The notes below the pieces were generated by a model. That model worked only from the letters and a program-made list of their open reading frames with translations, ran no database searches and was not told the DNA's origin. A stretch of DNA of 64,000 nt, from NCBI GenBank assembly GCA_964459005.1, contig CAYWOW010000001.1:8218-72217 (forward strand), written 5' to 3'. Positions 39,615-49,950 of the stretch are shown here, piece after piece. A program made the position numbers and the translations under genes. Origin of the DNA: an uncultured Acetobacteraceae bacterium (GTDB lineage Bacteria > Pseudomonadota > Alphaproteobacteria > Acetobacterales > Acetobacteraceae). How positions within the stretch are numbered: position 1 is the stretch's first letter; each line of letters starts with the position of its first letter.

Positions 39615-40292
39615 ATGAGTGCGACCGCATCTCCGCAAGCCCTGTTGGCGACCCGCACCCTGGCCGACATCGCCGCCACGCTGCCCGGCGCCACGGCTGT
39701 GTTCCGTCGCCGCAAGCTGGACTTCTGCTGCGGCGGCCGGGTGTCGCTGGCCGAGGCCAGTGCCGCGAAGGGGCTTTCGCTCGCCGACCTGCAAGCGGAA
39801 CTCGATGCGCTCGTCGCACTCGCGGCCCCGGGTGCCTCGCCCGAGACGACCGAGGCGCTGATCGAACTAATCGAGACCCGCTACCACGCGACCCATCGGC
39901 GCGAGTTGCCGGAGCTCGCCCGGCTGGCGCGCCGCGTCGAAGCCGCGCACCAGGCCCACCCCGCCGCCCCGCACGGCCTCGCCGACCTCCTGGAAACGAT
40001 GGCCGACGAGCTCGAGGGCCATATGCAAAAGGAGGAACGGATCCTGTTCCCGATGATGCGCCGCGGCGGCCATCCCATGATTGCGCAACCGATATCCGTC
40101 ATGCTCGCCGAGCACGACAGCCACGGCGTCCATCTGCGCGAGATCGAGAGGCTGACCCGTGATTTCACGGTGCCGGAGGATGCATGCCCGACCTGGCGCG
40201 CGCTCGCGGTCGGTGCACGCAAGCTCGTCGACGACCTGATGGAGCACATTCATATCGAGAACAACGTCCTGTTCCCGAGATTTACGGGCTGA
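39615..40292 (+). CDS. ytfE: Iron-sulfur cluster repair di-iron protein (RIC/YtfE/ScdA)
   Basis: AGGAGG RBS. DFCCGG, hemerythrin motifs [26 protein letters not shown] and [13 protein letters not shown]. Confidence 0.93.
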   Translation: MSATASPQALLATRTLADIAATLPGATAVFRRRKLDFCCGGRVSLAEASAAKGLSLADLQAELDALVALAAPGASPETTEALIELIETRYHATHRRELPELARLARRVEAAHQAHPAAPHGLADLLETMADELEGHMQKEERILFPMMRRGGHPMIAQPISVMLAEHDSHGVHLREIERLTRDFTVPEDACPTWRALAVGARKLVDDLMEHIHIENNVLFPRFTG

Positions 40293-40350
40293 TGCCCGCC
40301 GCATCGCGTTCCGTATTGACCAACAGGTGACCCGAAAGGAGTTTCTGGCG

Positions 40351-42018
40351 ATGTTCTGCTATCAATGCGAGCAGACCGAACGATCCGGCGGCGGCAACGG
40401 CTGCGCCGCGGCGAAAGGCTCCTGCGGCAAGGACGCCGTGACCGCCGATCTGCAGGATCTGCTGCTCTATGCGCTCGAGGGTGTCGCGCAACATGCCAGC
40501 GCCGCCCGGCAGCTTGGCGTGGTGGACGAGGAGGCAAACCGTTTCATCCTGCACGCGGTTTTCACCACGCTGACCAATGTGAACTTCGATCCCGATCGCT
40601 TTGTTCCGCTGATCCGCCGGGCCGCCGCGGTTCGCGACGGCCTACGCGAACAGGCGGCGTCGGCCGCGCACCGGCTCGGCCGGCCGATGGCGGTGTTGAC
40701 CGGCCCCGCCGCTTTCGAACCGGCCGCGGACCAGGCGGGCATGCTGGCGCAGGCCGCCGGCGTCGGCGTCCTCGCCGGTCGGGACCAGGTGGGCGACGAC
40801 ATCATCGGCCTGCGCGCGCTGGTTCTGTACGGGCTCAAGGGGGTCTGCGCGTACGCCTACCACGCCCAGGTCCTCGGCCATGCCCGGGAAGAAATCTACG
40901 CCGGGGTGGAAGAGGCGCTGGCTTTCCTGGCGGGTTGCCCGACCGATGCTGAAGCCCTCCTCGAGCAGGCGCTGCGGCTCGGCCGGCTCAATCTGACGGT
41001 GATGGAAATCCTCGACGAGGCCAACACCGGCACATTCGGCATGCCCGAGCCCACGGTGGTGCGCATGACGCCGGTGCGGGGCAAGGCGATCCTGGCGTCC
41101 GGTCACGACCTGAAGGATCTGATGGCCCTGTTGGAAGCCACCAGGGGTCAGGGCATCAACGTCTACACCCACGGCGAGCTGCTGCCCGCGCACGCCTACC
41201 CGGCGCTCAAGGCATTCCCGCATCTGGTCGGCAACTACGGCGGCGCCTGGCAGGACCAGCGGCTGGAATTCGCGCAATTTCCCGGCCCGATCGTGATGAC
41301 GTCCAACTGCCTCATCCACCCGCACTCCTCCTACAGCGACCGCGTCTTCACCCTCGGTCCCGTGGGCTGGCCCGGCGTGCGGCATCTGGTGGACGATGAT
41401 TTCTCGCCCGTGCTGGCCGCCGCCCGCGCCCAACCCGGATTCGCGGCCGATGCGCCGGCCGCGACGGTGACCATCGGCTTTGCCCGCAACGCCGTGCTGG
41501 GCGTCGCCGACACCGTGGTCGCGGCGGTGAAGAGCGGGGCGATCCGCCACTTCTTCCTGGTCGGCGGCTGTGACGGCGCCGCGTCGGGGCGCAACTACTT
41601 CACCGAGTTCGCCGAGGCCGTGCCGCAGGACAGCGTCGTGCTGACGTTGGGCTGCGGCAAGTACCGGTTCAACCGGCATGAATTCGGCGACATCGGCGGC
41701 ATCCCCCGCCTGCTCGATCTGGGTCAGTGCAACGACGCCTATTCGGCCATCGTCATTGCCGGCGCGCTGGCCAAGGCGTTCGACTGCGGCATCAACGACC
41801 TGCCGCTCACGCTGGTCGTCTCCTGGTTCGAGCAGAAGGCGATCGCGGTGCTGCTGACGCTGCTGGCGCTCGGCGTGCGCAACATCCGCCTGGGTCCCAC
41901 CTTGCCCGCCTTCCTCACGCCGGCGCTGATTGGCATCCTGGTGGAGCGGTTCGGCATTCAGCCGACTGGCGACGCCAGGACGGACATGGCCGCGTCCCTG
42001 AGCCGTCAGGCCGCCTAA
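40351..42018 (+). CDS. hcp: Hybrid cluster protein (hydroxylamine/NO reductase), class II
   Basis: MFCYQCEQT with C-x2-C-x11-C-x6-[52 protein letters not shown]. Confidence 0.96.
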   Translation: MFCYQCEQTERSGGGNGCAAAKGSCGKDAVTADLQDLLLYALEGVAQHASAARQLGVVDEEANRFILHAVFTTLTNVNFDPDRFVPLIRRAAAVRDGLREQAASAAHRLGRPMAVLTGPAAFEPAADQAGMLAQAAGVGVLAGRDQVGDDIIGLRALVLYGLKGVCAYAYHAQVLGHAREEIYAGVEEALAFLAGCPTDAEALLEQALRLGRLNLTVMEILDEANTGTFGMPEPTVVRMTPVRGKAILASGHDLKDLMALLEATRGQGINVYTHGELLPAHAYPALKAFPHLVGNYGGAWQDQRLEFAQFPGPIVMTSNCLIHPHSSYSDRVFTLGPVGWPGVRHLVDDDFSPVLAAARAQPGFAADAPAATVTIGFARNAVLGVADTVVAAVKSGAIRHFFLVGGCDGAASGRNYFTEFAEAVPQDSVVLTLGCGKYRFNRHEFGDIGGIPRLLDLGQCNDAYSAIVIAGALAKAFDCGINDLPLTLVVSWFEQKAIAVLLTLLALGVRNIRLGPTLPAFLTPALIGILVERFGIQPTGDARTDMAASLSRQAA

Positions 42019-42800
42019 AGCCGCGGCCCCGACCGCGCCTCGACCGCCTCCAGCACGGCATCCACCGCCATGCGCGGCAGGCGGGCGAGCAGGCCGCGGC
42101 GGTGCGGACGAAACACCTGCGCGCGGGCCCTCTCGCCGCCGATCTCGCGCACCACGCCGTCGAGATCGCCGAAGCGGTCGATCAGCCCGAGCGCCAGGGC
42201 GCGCTCGCCGAGGACGAAACCGCCGTCGAACACCTCGTGCTCGGCGCCGACCAGGCGGGCGCCGCGCCGGCTGCGCACCCAGTCCTTGAAGCGGGTGTGC
42301 AGGTCGGCCATCAGCGCCTGGGCGAAGGCGACGTCCTCCGGCCGCTCGGGGCTGAACGGGTCGAGCCGCGCCTTGTGCTCGCCGGCGGTGTAGAGCCGGC
42401 GCTGCACGCCCAGCCGGTCCAGCGCCCGGTCGAAGCCGAAGCCGCCACCGCGCACGCCGATCGAGCCCACCACGCTCATCGGGTGCGCCACGATCTCGTC
42501 CGCCGCGCAGGCCAGCCAATAGCCGCCGGAAGCGCCGGTTTCCGCGATCACCGCTACCACCTTGACCCGCCTGACCTCGGCGCGGCGGCGGATGCGCGCG
42601 GCGATCAGGTCGGACTGCACCGGCGAGCCGCCCGGGCTGTCGATGTCCAGCACCACGGTGCCACCGCGGCCGGCGGCGCGGACGGCGGCGTCGATCAGTT
42701 TGCCAAAGGTCTCGATGTTGAGCGGACCAGGGCGGGCGGCCAGCATGCCGTGCAGCCGCAGCACCGGCACCGGCCGGCGACGCCAGAACAACAGTCTCAT
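42015..42800 (-). CDS. S49 family peptidase (SppA-like)
   Basis: [53 protein letters not shown]. Confidence 0.9.
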   Translation of the reverse strand: MRLLFWRRRPVPVLRLHGMLAARPGPLNIETFGKLIDAAVRAAGRGGTVVLDIDSPGGSPVQSDLIAARIRRRAEVRRVKVVAVIAETGASGGYWLACAADEIVAHPMSVVGSIGVRGGGFGFDRALDRLGVQRRLYTAGEHKARLDPFSPERPEDVAFAQALMADLHTRFKDWVRSRRGARLVGAEHEVFDGGFVLGERALALGLIDRFGDLDGVVREIGGERARAQVFRPHRRGLLARLPRMAVDAVLEAVEARSGPRL

Positions 42801-42881
42801 CGGGCAAGATCCATGGTCAGACCACCTACGCCGGCCGCAGGATTCCGCCACCGCCGGCGATAATGGTGTTGCGTCATCCGC

Positions 42882-44078
42882 CTAGCCTAACGCGGCCGCG
42901 GCCACGCCGCCCAGCACCACCACCAGCCAGGGCGGCACCTTCCAGAACACCAGGGCGAGAAATGCCGCCAGACCGAGGCCGAAATCGGTCGGCCGGTTGA
43001 TCGCCGAGGTCCACACCGGGGTGTAGAGCGCGGCCAGCAGCACCCCGACCACCGTCGCGTTCACCCCGCGCAGCGCCGACTGCACCCCCGCCCGCCGCCG
43101 CAACCCGTCCCAGAACGGCAGCACACCGACCAGCAGCAGGGCCGACGGCAGATAGATCGCCAGCAGGCACAGTGCCGCGCCGGCCACGCCCGCCGGCGCC
43201 GGACCCATCGCCGCGCCGAGATAGGCGGCGAAGGTGAACAACGGCCCCGGCACCGCCTGCGCCGCGCCGTAGCCCGCCAGAAACGCATCCGGCGTGATCC
43301 AGCCCGGCGGCACCACGGCCTGCTGGAGCAGCGGCAGCACCACGTGGCCGCCGCCGAACACCAGCGCGCCGGCGCGGTAGAACCGGTCGAGCAGCATCAG
43401 CGCGTGGTTGCCGCTGGCCGCCGCCAGCACCGGCAGCCCCGCGAGGAGGACAAAGAACACAATCAACGCCGCCACCGCCGCCGGTCGCCGCACGCCGAAA
43501 TGCAGCGTCCCGCCAGGGGAGGCCGCCGGCGCCGACAGGGCCAGCCAGCCGATCACCCCGCCGGCCGCGATGGCGCCGACCTGCCCGATCGCCGAGGGCA
43601 CGGCCAGGGCCACGATCGCCCCGCCCACCGCCATGCTCGCGCGCAGCCGGTCCGGGCACAGGGTGCGTCCCATGCCCCACACGGCCTGCGCCACCACCGC
43701 CACCGCCACGATCTTCAGCCCGTGCAACCAGGCCGCGTGCGCCACGTCGCCCACCCGCGACACGCCGTAGGCGAAAGCGACCATCGCCACCGCCGAGGGC
43801 AGCGTGAAGCCGGCCCAGGCCGCCAGCCCGCCCGGCAGTCCGGCGCGCAGCATGCCGATCGACACCGCGGTCTGGCTGCTCGCCGGACCCGGCAGGAACT
43901 GGCACAGCGCGATGATGTCGGCGTAGGTCGCCTCGTCCAGCCAGCGGCGGCGAGCCACGAGGTCGGCGCGGTAGTAGCCGAGATGCGCGACCGGCCCGCC
44001 GAAACTGGTGCAGCCCAGCCGCAGGAACGCCCACAGCACCTCCAGCGCCGAGCCGCGCGCCGCCACCGCCTCAGCCAT
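42882..44078 (-). CDS. chrA: Chromate ion transporter, long-chain CHR
   Basis: FLRLGCTSFGGP, LCQFLPGPASSQ, second-half FYRAGALVFGGGHVVLPLL and AQAVPGPLFTFAAYLG. Confidence 0.93.
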   Translation of the reverse strand: MAEAVAARGSALEVLWAFLRLGCTSFGGPVAHLGYYRADLVARRRWLDEATYADIIALCQFLPGPASSQTAVSIGMLRAGLPGGLAAWAGFTLPSAVAMVAFAYGVSRVGDVAHAAWLHGLKIVAVAVVAQAVWGMGRTLCPDRLRASMAVGGAIVALAVPSAIGQVGAIAAGGVIGWLALSAPAASPGGTLHFGVRRPAAVAALIVFFVLLAGLPVLAAASGNHALMLLDRFYRAGALVFGGGHVVLPLLQQAVVPPGWITPDAFLAGYGAAQAVPGPLFTFAAYLGAAMGPAPAGVAGAALCLLAIYLPSALLLVGVLPFWDGLRRRAGVQSALRGVNATVVGVLLAALYTPVWTSAINRPTDFGLGLAAFLALVFWKVPPWLVVVLGGVAAAALG

Positions 44079-44955
44079 CCCCACTCCTTTCAGCCCGCCG
44101 TTCGCTCACCAGCAGCAATCCGCCCGCCGCCAGGATCAGGGCTGCCCCCGTCCAAACCGCGAGGTCGGGAATGTCGCCCCAGATCGCATAGCCGAGCAAG
44201 AACGCCCAGACGAGCGCGGTGTATTCCACCGTCGCCATGACCGAGGCCGGCGCGTGGCGGGCCGCCTCGAAGATGCAGAACTGCCCGAACCCGCCCAGCA
44301 CCCCGCTGGCCAGCATCAGCGCCATCTGCGCCGGGCTCGGCTGGTGCCAGGTCAGCACGGTGCCGATCCCGGTCACGGCCATGAAGAACCCGTTCTGGAA
44401 CAGCATCTGCAGCAGCGAGGATTCGCGCCGGGCGATGCGGCGCATCAGGATCACCGAATAGCCCCACAGCGCCGCCGCGGTCAGCACCATCAGCACCGGC
44501 AGCGAAAATTTCAAACCGAACGGATCGCAGGCCACCAGCACGCCCGCGAACCCCACGCCCACCGAAACCCAGCGTGCGGTGGTGACTTTCTCGCCCAGCA
44601 ACGGGGCCGCCATCAGTGTCGTCAGGACGGGCGCGGCGAAATACAGCGTCAGCATTTGCGCCAGCGGCAGATAGCGCGCGGCCACGTAATAGAGCAGCCA
44701 GGCCGTCAGCAGCAGCACGGCCCGCCCGGCCAGGGCGGCGCGCATCGGCGTCGTCACCGCGCGCACCGCGAGCGCCCGCCGGCCGGCCAGCAGGCTGCCG
44801 GCGAAGATGGTGACGCTGCGGGCGAACAGGATCTCCCAGACCGGCAGGTCGGTGACCAGCCACTTGATGTCGGCGTCGTGCACCGAGAAGGCGGCATAGG
44901 CGAGCACGCCCAGCCCGATTCCCAGCGTGGCGCCAGGGCGCACGGATTTCGTCAT
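44071..44955 (-). CDS. DMT/EamA family transporter
   Basis: About 10 TM segments; EILFARS, LYFAAPV, LLGEKVT, EYTALVWAFLLGYAIWGDIP. Confidence 0.88.
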   Translation of the reverse strand: MTKSVRPGATLGIGLGVLAYAAFSVHDADIKWLVTDLPVWEILFARSVTIFAGSLLAGRRALAVRAVTTPMRAALAGRAVLLLTAWLLYYVAARYLPLAQMLTLYFAAPVLTTLMAAPLLGEKVTTARWVSVGVGFAGVLVACDPFGLKFSLPVLMVLTAAALWGYSVILMRRIARRESSLLQMLFQNGFFMAVTGIGTVLTWHQPSPAQMALMLASGVLGGFGQFCIFEAARHAPASVMATVEYTALVWAFLLGYAIWGDIPDLAVWTGAALILAAGGLLLVSERRAERSGDG

Positions 44956-45058
44956 GGCTCTCCCGACGATGCGCACTGCCGCTGCCACCGGCACCGTGCG
45001 CGGGCGATCATCAGGGTTGCTCCGGATCACCGCAAGGCGCGGCGTGGCGTGCGTTCAC

Positions 45059-45086
45059 TTGACTCCATCCGCACTCCGTCTATGTG
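45059..45086 (+). promoter_or_regulatory. Sigma70-like promoter for rpsA (TTGACT-N16-TATGTG)
   Basis: TTGACT at 45059-45064 and CTATGT/TATGTG at 45080-45086. Confidence 0.5.
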
Positions 45087-45091
45087 TGCGC

Positions 45092-45252
45092 CGCACGGCC
45101 GGGAGGTCGTGCGACCCATAGCTTCACCCCGGCCCGCGTCCGCAATGTCCGGCGCGGGCAAGTCGTGCTTCCCCCGCAAGTCGGGAAGGGCGCAAGCGCA
45201 GTTGGCGGCACGGGCACGGCCCCGCCGCCCCCTCAAGGACAGACCCACCCTC
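45092..45252 (+). promoter_or_regulatory. Structured rpsA 5' leader (candidate autoregulatory element)
   Basis: Consecutive hairpins at 45092-45113 (GGGA loop), 45132-45159, 45168-45188 (GCAA loop) and 45204-45229. Confidence 0.45.
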
Positions 45253-46977
45253 ATGGCATCCAGCGCCGCCGTCTCTGCCCCGCCCGCAGCGGGCGAGGAC
45301 TTCGCCACCCTTCTCGATGAAACCCTTGGCCGCGACACCGGCTTCGACGGCTCCGTCGTCACCGGCCGCGTCGTCCGGCTCACCGAGGAATACGCCGTCG
45401 TCGATGTCGGCCTGAAAAGCGAAGGCCGTGTCGCGCTGAAGGAATTCGGCCCCCCCGGCGCCAAGCCCGACGTCAAGCCCGGCGACGTCATCGAGCTGTA
45501 TGTCGAACGCTACGAGGACCGTGACGGCACCATCGTGCTGTCGCGCGAGAAGGCCCGCCGCGAAGAGGCATGGACCACGCTGGAGAAGGCCTTCGAGGCC
45601 CAGTTGCGCGTCAACGGCACGATCTACGGCCGGGTCAAGGGCGGCTTCACGGTCGATCTCGGCGGCGCCGTGGCCTTCCTGCCGGGCAGCCAGGTGGACA
45701 TCCGCCCGGTGCGCGACGTCGGCCCGCTGATGGGCACCCCGCAACCCTTCCAGATCCTCAAGATGGACCGCGCCCGCGGCAACATCGTGGTGTCCCGCCG
45801 CGCCGTGCTGGAGGAAACCCGCGCCGAGCAGCGCAGCGAGTTGATCCAGGGCCTCAAGGAAGGCCAGATCCTCGACGGCGTGGTGAAGAACATCACCGAT
45901 TACGGCGCCTTCGTCGACCTCGGCGGCGTCGACGGCCTGCTGCACGTCACCGACATCGCCTGGCGGCGCATCAACCACCCCTCCGAGGCGTTGCAGATCG
46001 GCCAGGCCGTGAAGGTCCAGGTCATCCGCTTCAACCCGGAAACCCAGCGCATCAGCCTCGGCATGAAGCAGCTCGAAGCCGATCCGTGGGAGGGCGTCGC
46101 CGCCAAATACCCGCCGGGCGCCAAGTTCAGCGGCCGCGTCACCAACATCACCGACTACGGCGCCTTCGTCGAGCTGGAGCCGGGGGTCGAGGGCCTGGTC
46201 CACGTCTCCGAAATGAGCTGGACCAAGAAGAACGTCCACCCGGGCAAGATCGTCGCCACCTCGCAGGAGGTCGACGTCATGGTGCTCGACGTCGATTCCG
46301 GCAAGCGCCGCATCTCGCTCGGCCTCAAGCAGGTGCAGCGCAACCCCTGGGAGCAGTTCGTCGACGAGCATCCGATCGGCTCGGTGGTCGAGGGCGAAAT
46401 CCGCAACATCACCGAGTTCGGCCTGTTCGTCGGCCTCACCGCGGACATCGACGGCATGGTGCACATGTCCGACCTGTCCTGGGACGAGGCGGGCGAGGCC
46501 GCCATGGCCAAGTTCGAGAAGGGTCAGATCGTCAAGGCCAAGGTGCTGGACGTCGACGTCGAGAAGGAGCGCATCTCGCTCGGCGTCAAGCAGCTCGCCG
46601 ACGACCCCGCCGCCGCCGTGCTCGACCGGGTGCGCAAGGGCGCCGTCGTCACCTGCGTGGTCACCGCGGTGCAGTCCAACGGCATCGAGGTCAAGGTCGA
46701 CGAAGTGCTCACCGGCTTCATCCGCCGCGCCGAACTCGCCCGCGACAAGGGCGACCAGCGCCCGGACCGCTTCGCCGTGGGCGAGAAGGTCGATGCCAAG
46801 ATCATGTCGGTGGACCGCGCCGCCCGCAAGCTCCAGCTCACCATCAAGGGCAAGGAGCAGGACGAGGACAAGCAGGCCATGCAGGAATACGGCAGCTCGG
46901 ATTCCGGCGCCTCGCTGGGCGACATCCTCGGTGCCGCCATCCGCCGCCGCAATCAGCAGTTCCAGCAGGACAGCTGA
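45253..46977 (+). CDS. rpsA: 30S ribosomal protein S1
   Basis: Start MASSAA at 45253. VDVGLKSEG and repeated S1 domains VKNITDYGAFVDLG, VTNITDYGAFVEL, IRNITEFGLFV; SGASLGDILGAA. Confidence 0.97.
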   Translation: MASSAAVSAPPAAGEDFATLLDETLGRDTGFDGSVVTGRVVRLTEEYAVVDVGLKSEGRVALKEFGPPGAKPDVKPGDVIELYVERYEDRDGTIVLSREKARREEAWTTLEKAFEAQLRVNGTIYGRVKGGFTVDLGGAVAFLPGSQVDIRPVRDVGPLMGTPQPFQILKMDRARGNIVVSRRAVLEETRAEQRSELIQGLKEGQILDGVVKNITDYGAFVDLGGVDGLLHVTDIAWRRINHPSEALQIGQAVKVQVIRFNPETQRISLGMKQLEADPWEGVAAKYPPGAKFSGRVTNITDYGAFVELEPGVEGLVHVSEMSWTKKNVHPGKIVATSQEVDVMVLDVDSGKRRISLGLKQVQRNPWEQFVDEHPIGSVVEGEIRNITEFGLFVGLTADIDGMVHMSDLSWDEAGEAAMAKFEKGQIVKAKVLDVDVEKERISLGVKQLADDPAAAVLDRVRKGAVVTCVVTAVQSNGIEVKVDEVLTGFIRRAELARDKGDQRPDRFAVGEKVDAKIMSVDRAARKLQLTIKGKEQDEDKQAMQEYGSSDSGASLGDILGAAIRRRNQQFQQDS

Positions 46978-46995
46978 TCGCCGGCCCGGATCGCT

Positions 46996-47925
46996 ATGTC
47001 CTTCGAAACCGACCTGCTGATCGACAGGCGGCGCCTCAAGCGCCGCCTGTTCTTTTGGCGGGTCGCGACGGTGCTCGCGGTGGTCGTCTGTGCCGTTGTC
47101 GCGCTCACCCCGCGGCTGCGGCCGGGCGGCGGCGCCCATCTCGCCCGGCTCACCGTCAGCGGCCTGATCACCGACAACCGCAAGCTCGCCGAGGCGGTCA
47201 CGGCGCTGGCGCAAGACGACTCCGTGCGCGGGCTGATTGTTTACATCGACAGCCCCGGGGGCAGCGTCGCCGGCGGCGAAAGCCTGCACGATGCCGTCGC
47301 CGGGGTCGCCGCCCGCAAGCCGGTGGTCGCGGTCATGGCCGGCGTCGCCGCCTCGGCCGGCTACATGGTCGCGCTGCCGGCCGCCCGCATCTTCGCCCGC
47401 TCTTCCACCCTCACCGGCTCGATCGGTGTGCTGATGCAGACCGGCGAGATCTCCGGCCTGCTCGACCGGGTCGGCATTACCGCCGAGGCGATCGTGTCGG
47501 GCCCGTTGAAGAACCAGCCCAGCTTCACCCACCCGACCTCGCCGCAGGGCCACGAAGTGCTGCAAGGGCTGGTGATGGACCTCTACGACCAGTTCGTCGG
47601 CATGGTCGCCAGCGGCCGCCACATGCCGCCCGACCAGGTGCGCGCGTTGGCCGACGGGCGCGCCTATACCGGGCGGCAGGCGCTCGGCCTCGGCCTGGTC
47701 GATGCGATCGGCGGCGAGCCGGAAGCCCGCGCCTGGCTGGCCGCCGAGAAGGGGATTCCCGTGGGGCTGCCGGTCGTCGAACTGCAGATTGACGGGCTGG
47801 CCCGCCGGATGCTCCTGGGGTCGGTCGCACCCGTCCTGGGAGACATGATGAAAAGTGTTCTCTCTCAAGGGCTTAGTCTTGACGGCGCGTGGGCCATCTG
47901 GCAGCCTGGGAACAGCGATGACTGA
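46996..47925 (+). CDS. sppA: Signal peptide peptidase SppA (36K type)
   Basis: DRRRLKRRLFFWR with an N-terminal TM; YIDSPGGSVAGG, AASAGY, TGSIGV, DGRAYTGRQAL. Confidence 0.92.
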   Translation: MSFETDLLIDRRRLKRRLFFWRVATVLAVVVCAVVALTPRLRPGGGAHLARLTVSGLITDNRKLAEAVTALAQDDSVRGLIVYIDSPGGSVAGGESLHDAVAGVAARKPVVAVMAGVAASAGYMVALPAARIFARSSTLTGSIGVLMQTGEISGLLDRVGITAEAIVSGPLKNQPSFTHPTSPQGHEVLQGLVMDLYDQFVGMVASGRHMPPDQVRALADGRAYTGRQALGLGLVDAIGGEPEARAWLAAEKGIPVGLPVVELQIDGLARRMLLGSVAPVLGDMMKSVLSQGLSLDGAWAIWQPGNSDD

Positions 47926-47949
47926 GAGCTGACCAGCGAGGGCGGAAAC

Positions 47950-48270
47950 ATGACCAAGTCGGAGCTGATCGCGGATCTCTCGGCGGCGAATCCGCATCTG
48001 CGTGGCCAGGATGTGGAGCTGATCGTTGCCACCGTCTTCAACGAAATCACCGCCGCGCTGGCACGGGGCGAGCGGGTCGAGTTGCGCGGCTTCGGTGCTT
48101 TCACGGTGAAGCGGCGCGAGGCCCGGACGGGTCGCAACCCGCGCACCGGCGAGGCCGTGCCGGTCGACGAGAAGGCCGCGCCGTTCTTCAAGGCCGGCAA
48201 GGAACTGCGCGAACGGGTCAACCGCGGCAAGCGCAGGGCGGCCGGGCACAAGGGGCGCGTGACGGCCTGA
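47950..48270 (+). CDS. ihfB: Integration host factor beta subunit
   Basis: [39 protein letters not shown]. Downstream of rpsA-sppA. Confidence 0.95.
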   Translation: MTKSELIADLSAANPHLRGQDVELIVATVFNEITAALARGERVELRGFGAFTVKRREARTGRNPRTGEAVPVDEKAAPFFKAGKELRERVNRGKRRAAGHKGRVTA

Positions 48271-48318
48271 ACGGAACGGCGGTAGTTTCCGCGCGTCTTT
48301 TTGCCGAGATGGAACGCC

Positions 48319-48624
48319 ATGCTGCGTGCCCTGATCGCCTTGCCATTCCTGGTCGTGCTCATCTGGTTCGGGCTGTCCAACCGCCAGCCGGTGACGCTTT
48401 CCCTGTGGGGAACCGGCCTTGAGCTGACGGCGCCGGCGGCGGTCGCCATTCTGGTGAGCATGGCCGGCGCCTTCCTGCTCGGCGCGCTGTTCGTCTGGAT
48501 CCCCGCGCTGGCCGTGCGTCGTCGTGCCCGCCGGTTCGAGCGCGCCGCGCACGATTTGGAAGCCCAGGTCGCGGCCTTGAAGGCGAGCGCGCCCGGTCCC
48601 GGCACGACGCTGGCGGCGCGCTGA
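48319..48624 (+). CDS. lapA: Lipopolysaccharide assembly protein A (LapA/DUF1049)
   Basis: FGLSNRQPVTLSL, two TM segments and a C-terminal coiled coil. Position between ihfB and pyrF. Confidence 0.8.
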   Translation: MLRALIALPFLVVLIWFGLSNRQPVTLSLWGTGLELTAPAAVAILVSMAGAFLLGALFVWIPALAVRRRARRFERAAHDLEAQVAALKASAPGPGTTLAAR

Positions 48625-48625
48625 C

Positions 48626-49309
48626 ATGACCGGCCTGATCGCGGCGCTCGACACCACCGACGTCGCCCGCGCCGCCGCCTGGGCCGACCAGGTCGCGCCG
48701 CACTGCGGCCTGTTCAAGCTGGGTCTGGAATATTTTTTGGCCAACGGCGCCGACGGCGTCCGCGCGCTCGACGCCCGACCGGTGTTTCTCGACCTCAAGC
48801 TGCACGACATCCCCAACACGGTCGCCGGCGCGGTGCGTGCCGTGCTCGACTTGCAGCCGCGCATGCTGACGCTGCACGCCTCCGGCGGGGCCGCCATGGT
48901 GGCCGCAGCGCGACGTGCCGCCGAGCAGGCCGGCCCCGATCGCCCGCTGCTGCTCGCCGTCACCGTGCTCACCAGTTTCGACGCGGCGATGCTCGCCGCC
49001 ACCGGGGTGGCGGACAGCCCGCGCGAGCAGGTGCTGCGTCTGGCACGCCTGGCCATGGATGCCGGCGCCGACGGGCTGGTGTGCAGCGCCCATGAAGTGC
49101 CGGTGTTGCGCGCCGCGCTGGACCGCACCGCCGTGCTGGTGGTGCCGGGCATCCGGCCCGCTGGTTTTCCGTCCGGCGACCAGATTCGCACCATGACCCC
49201 ACGCCAGGCCGCCGACGCCGGCGCCGACTGGATCGTGGTGGGACGGCCGATCACCGCCGCGCCGGACCCCGCCGCCGCCGCCGCCGCCATCGCCGCCGAG
49301 CTGACGTGA
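48626..49309 (+). CDS. pyrF: Orotidine-5'-phosphate decarboxylase
   Basis: IAALD, FKLGLEY, FLDLKLHDIPNTV, VTVLTS, VVPGIRP, IVVGRPIT. Confidence 0.96.
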   Translation: MTGLIAALDTTDVARAAAWADQVAPHCGLFKLGLEYFLANGADGVRALDARPVFLDLKLHDIPNTVAGAVRAVLDLQPRMLTLHASGGAAMVAAARRAAEQAGPDRPLLLAVTVLTSFDAAMLAATGVADSPREQVLRLARLAMDAGADGLVCSAHEVPVLRAALDRTAVLVVPGIRPAGFPSGDQIRTMTPRQAADAGADWIVVGRPITAAPDPAAAAAAIAAELT

Positions 49310-49929
49310 TCCGGGTCAAGATCTGCGGCATCAACGACCAGGCCGCCCGCGACGCAGCCCTTGCCGCTGGTGCCGACTGGCTCGGCTTTGTCTTTTTTCC
49401 CGCTTCCCCGCGCGCCGTGACCCCGGTGCGGGCCGCCGCCCTGGCGGGGGGCGTGCCGTCGAGCGTCGGATTGTTCGTGGCGCCGACCGACGATGACGTC
49501 GCCGCGGTGCTGGCGGCGGTGCCGCTGAGCGTGCTGCAGATCTACGACGGGCCGGACCGCTGCGCGGCGCTGCGCGCCCGCTTCGGCGTGCCGGTCTGGC
49601 GCGCCGTCGGCATCGCCACCGCGACCGATCTGCCGGCGGCGGCGGGGGGTGTGGACGGCTTCGTCATCGAGGCCGGACCGCCCGAGGGCGCCACCCGGCC
49701 CGGCGGCAACGCGGTGGCGTTCGACTGGTCGATCCTGCGGGGCTGGCGCGCGCCGCTGCCCTGGATCCTGGCGGGCGGCCTGACCAGCGGAAACGTCGCC
49801 GCGGCCATCCGCGCCACCGCCGCCCCGGCCGTGGACGTCTCCTCGGGCGTCGAGCGGAGCCGCGGAAAAAAGGACCCCGAGATGATCCGCGCCTTCGTGG
49901 CAGCCGCCCGCGCCGCCGCGCCGGACTGA
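49306..49929 (+). CDS. trpF: Phosphoribosylanthranilate isomerase
   Basis: VKICGI, GFVFFPASPR, GGNAVAFDW, ILAGGL, AVDVSSGVE. Confidence 0.95.
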   Translation: MIRVKICGINDQAARDAALAAGADWLGFVFFPASPRAVTPVRAAALAGGVPSSVGLFVAPTDDDVAAVLAAVPLSVLQIYDGPDRCAALRARFGVPVWRAVGIATATDLPAAAGGVDGFVIEAGPPEGATRPGGNAVAFDWSILRGWRAPLPWILAGGLTSGNVAAAIRATAAPAVDVSSGVERSRGKKDPEMIRAFVAAARAAAPD

Positions 49930-49950
49930 CCGGATAAGCGGGGGGGGACA

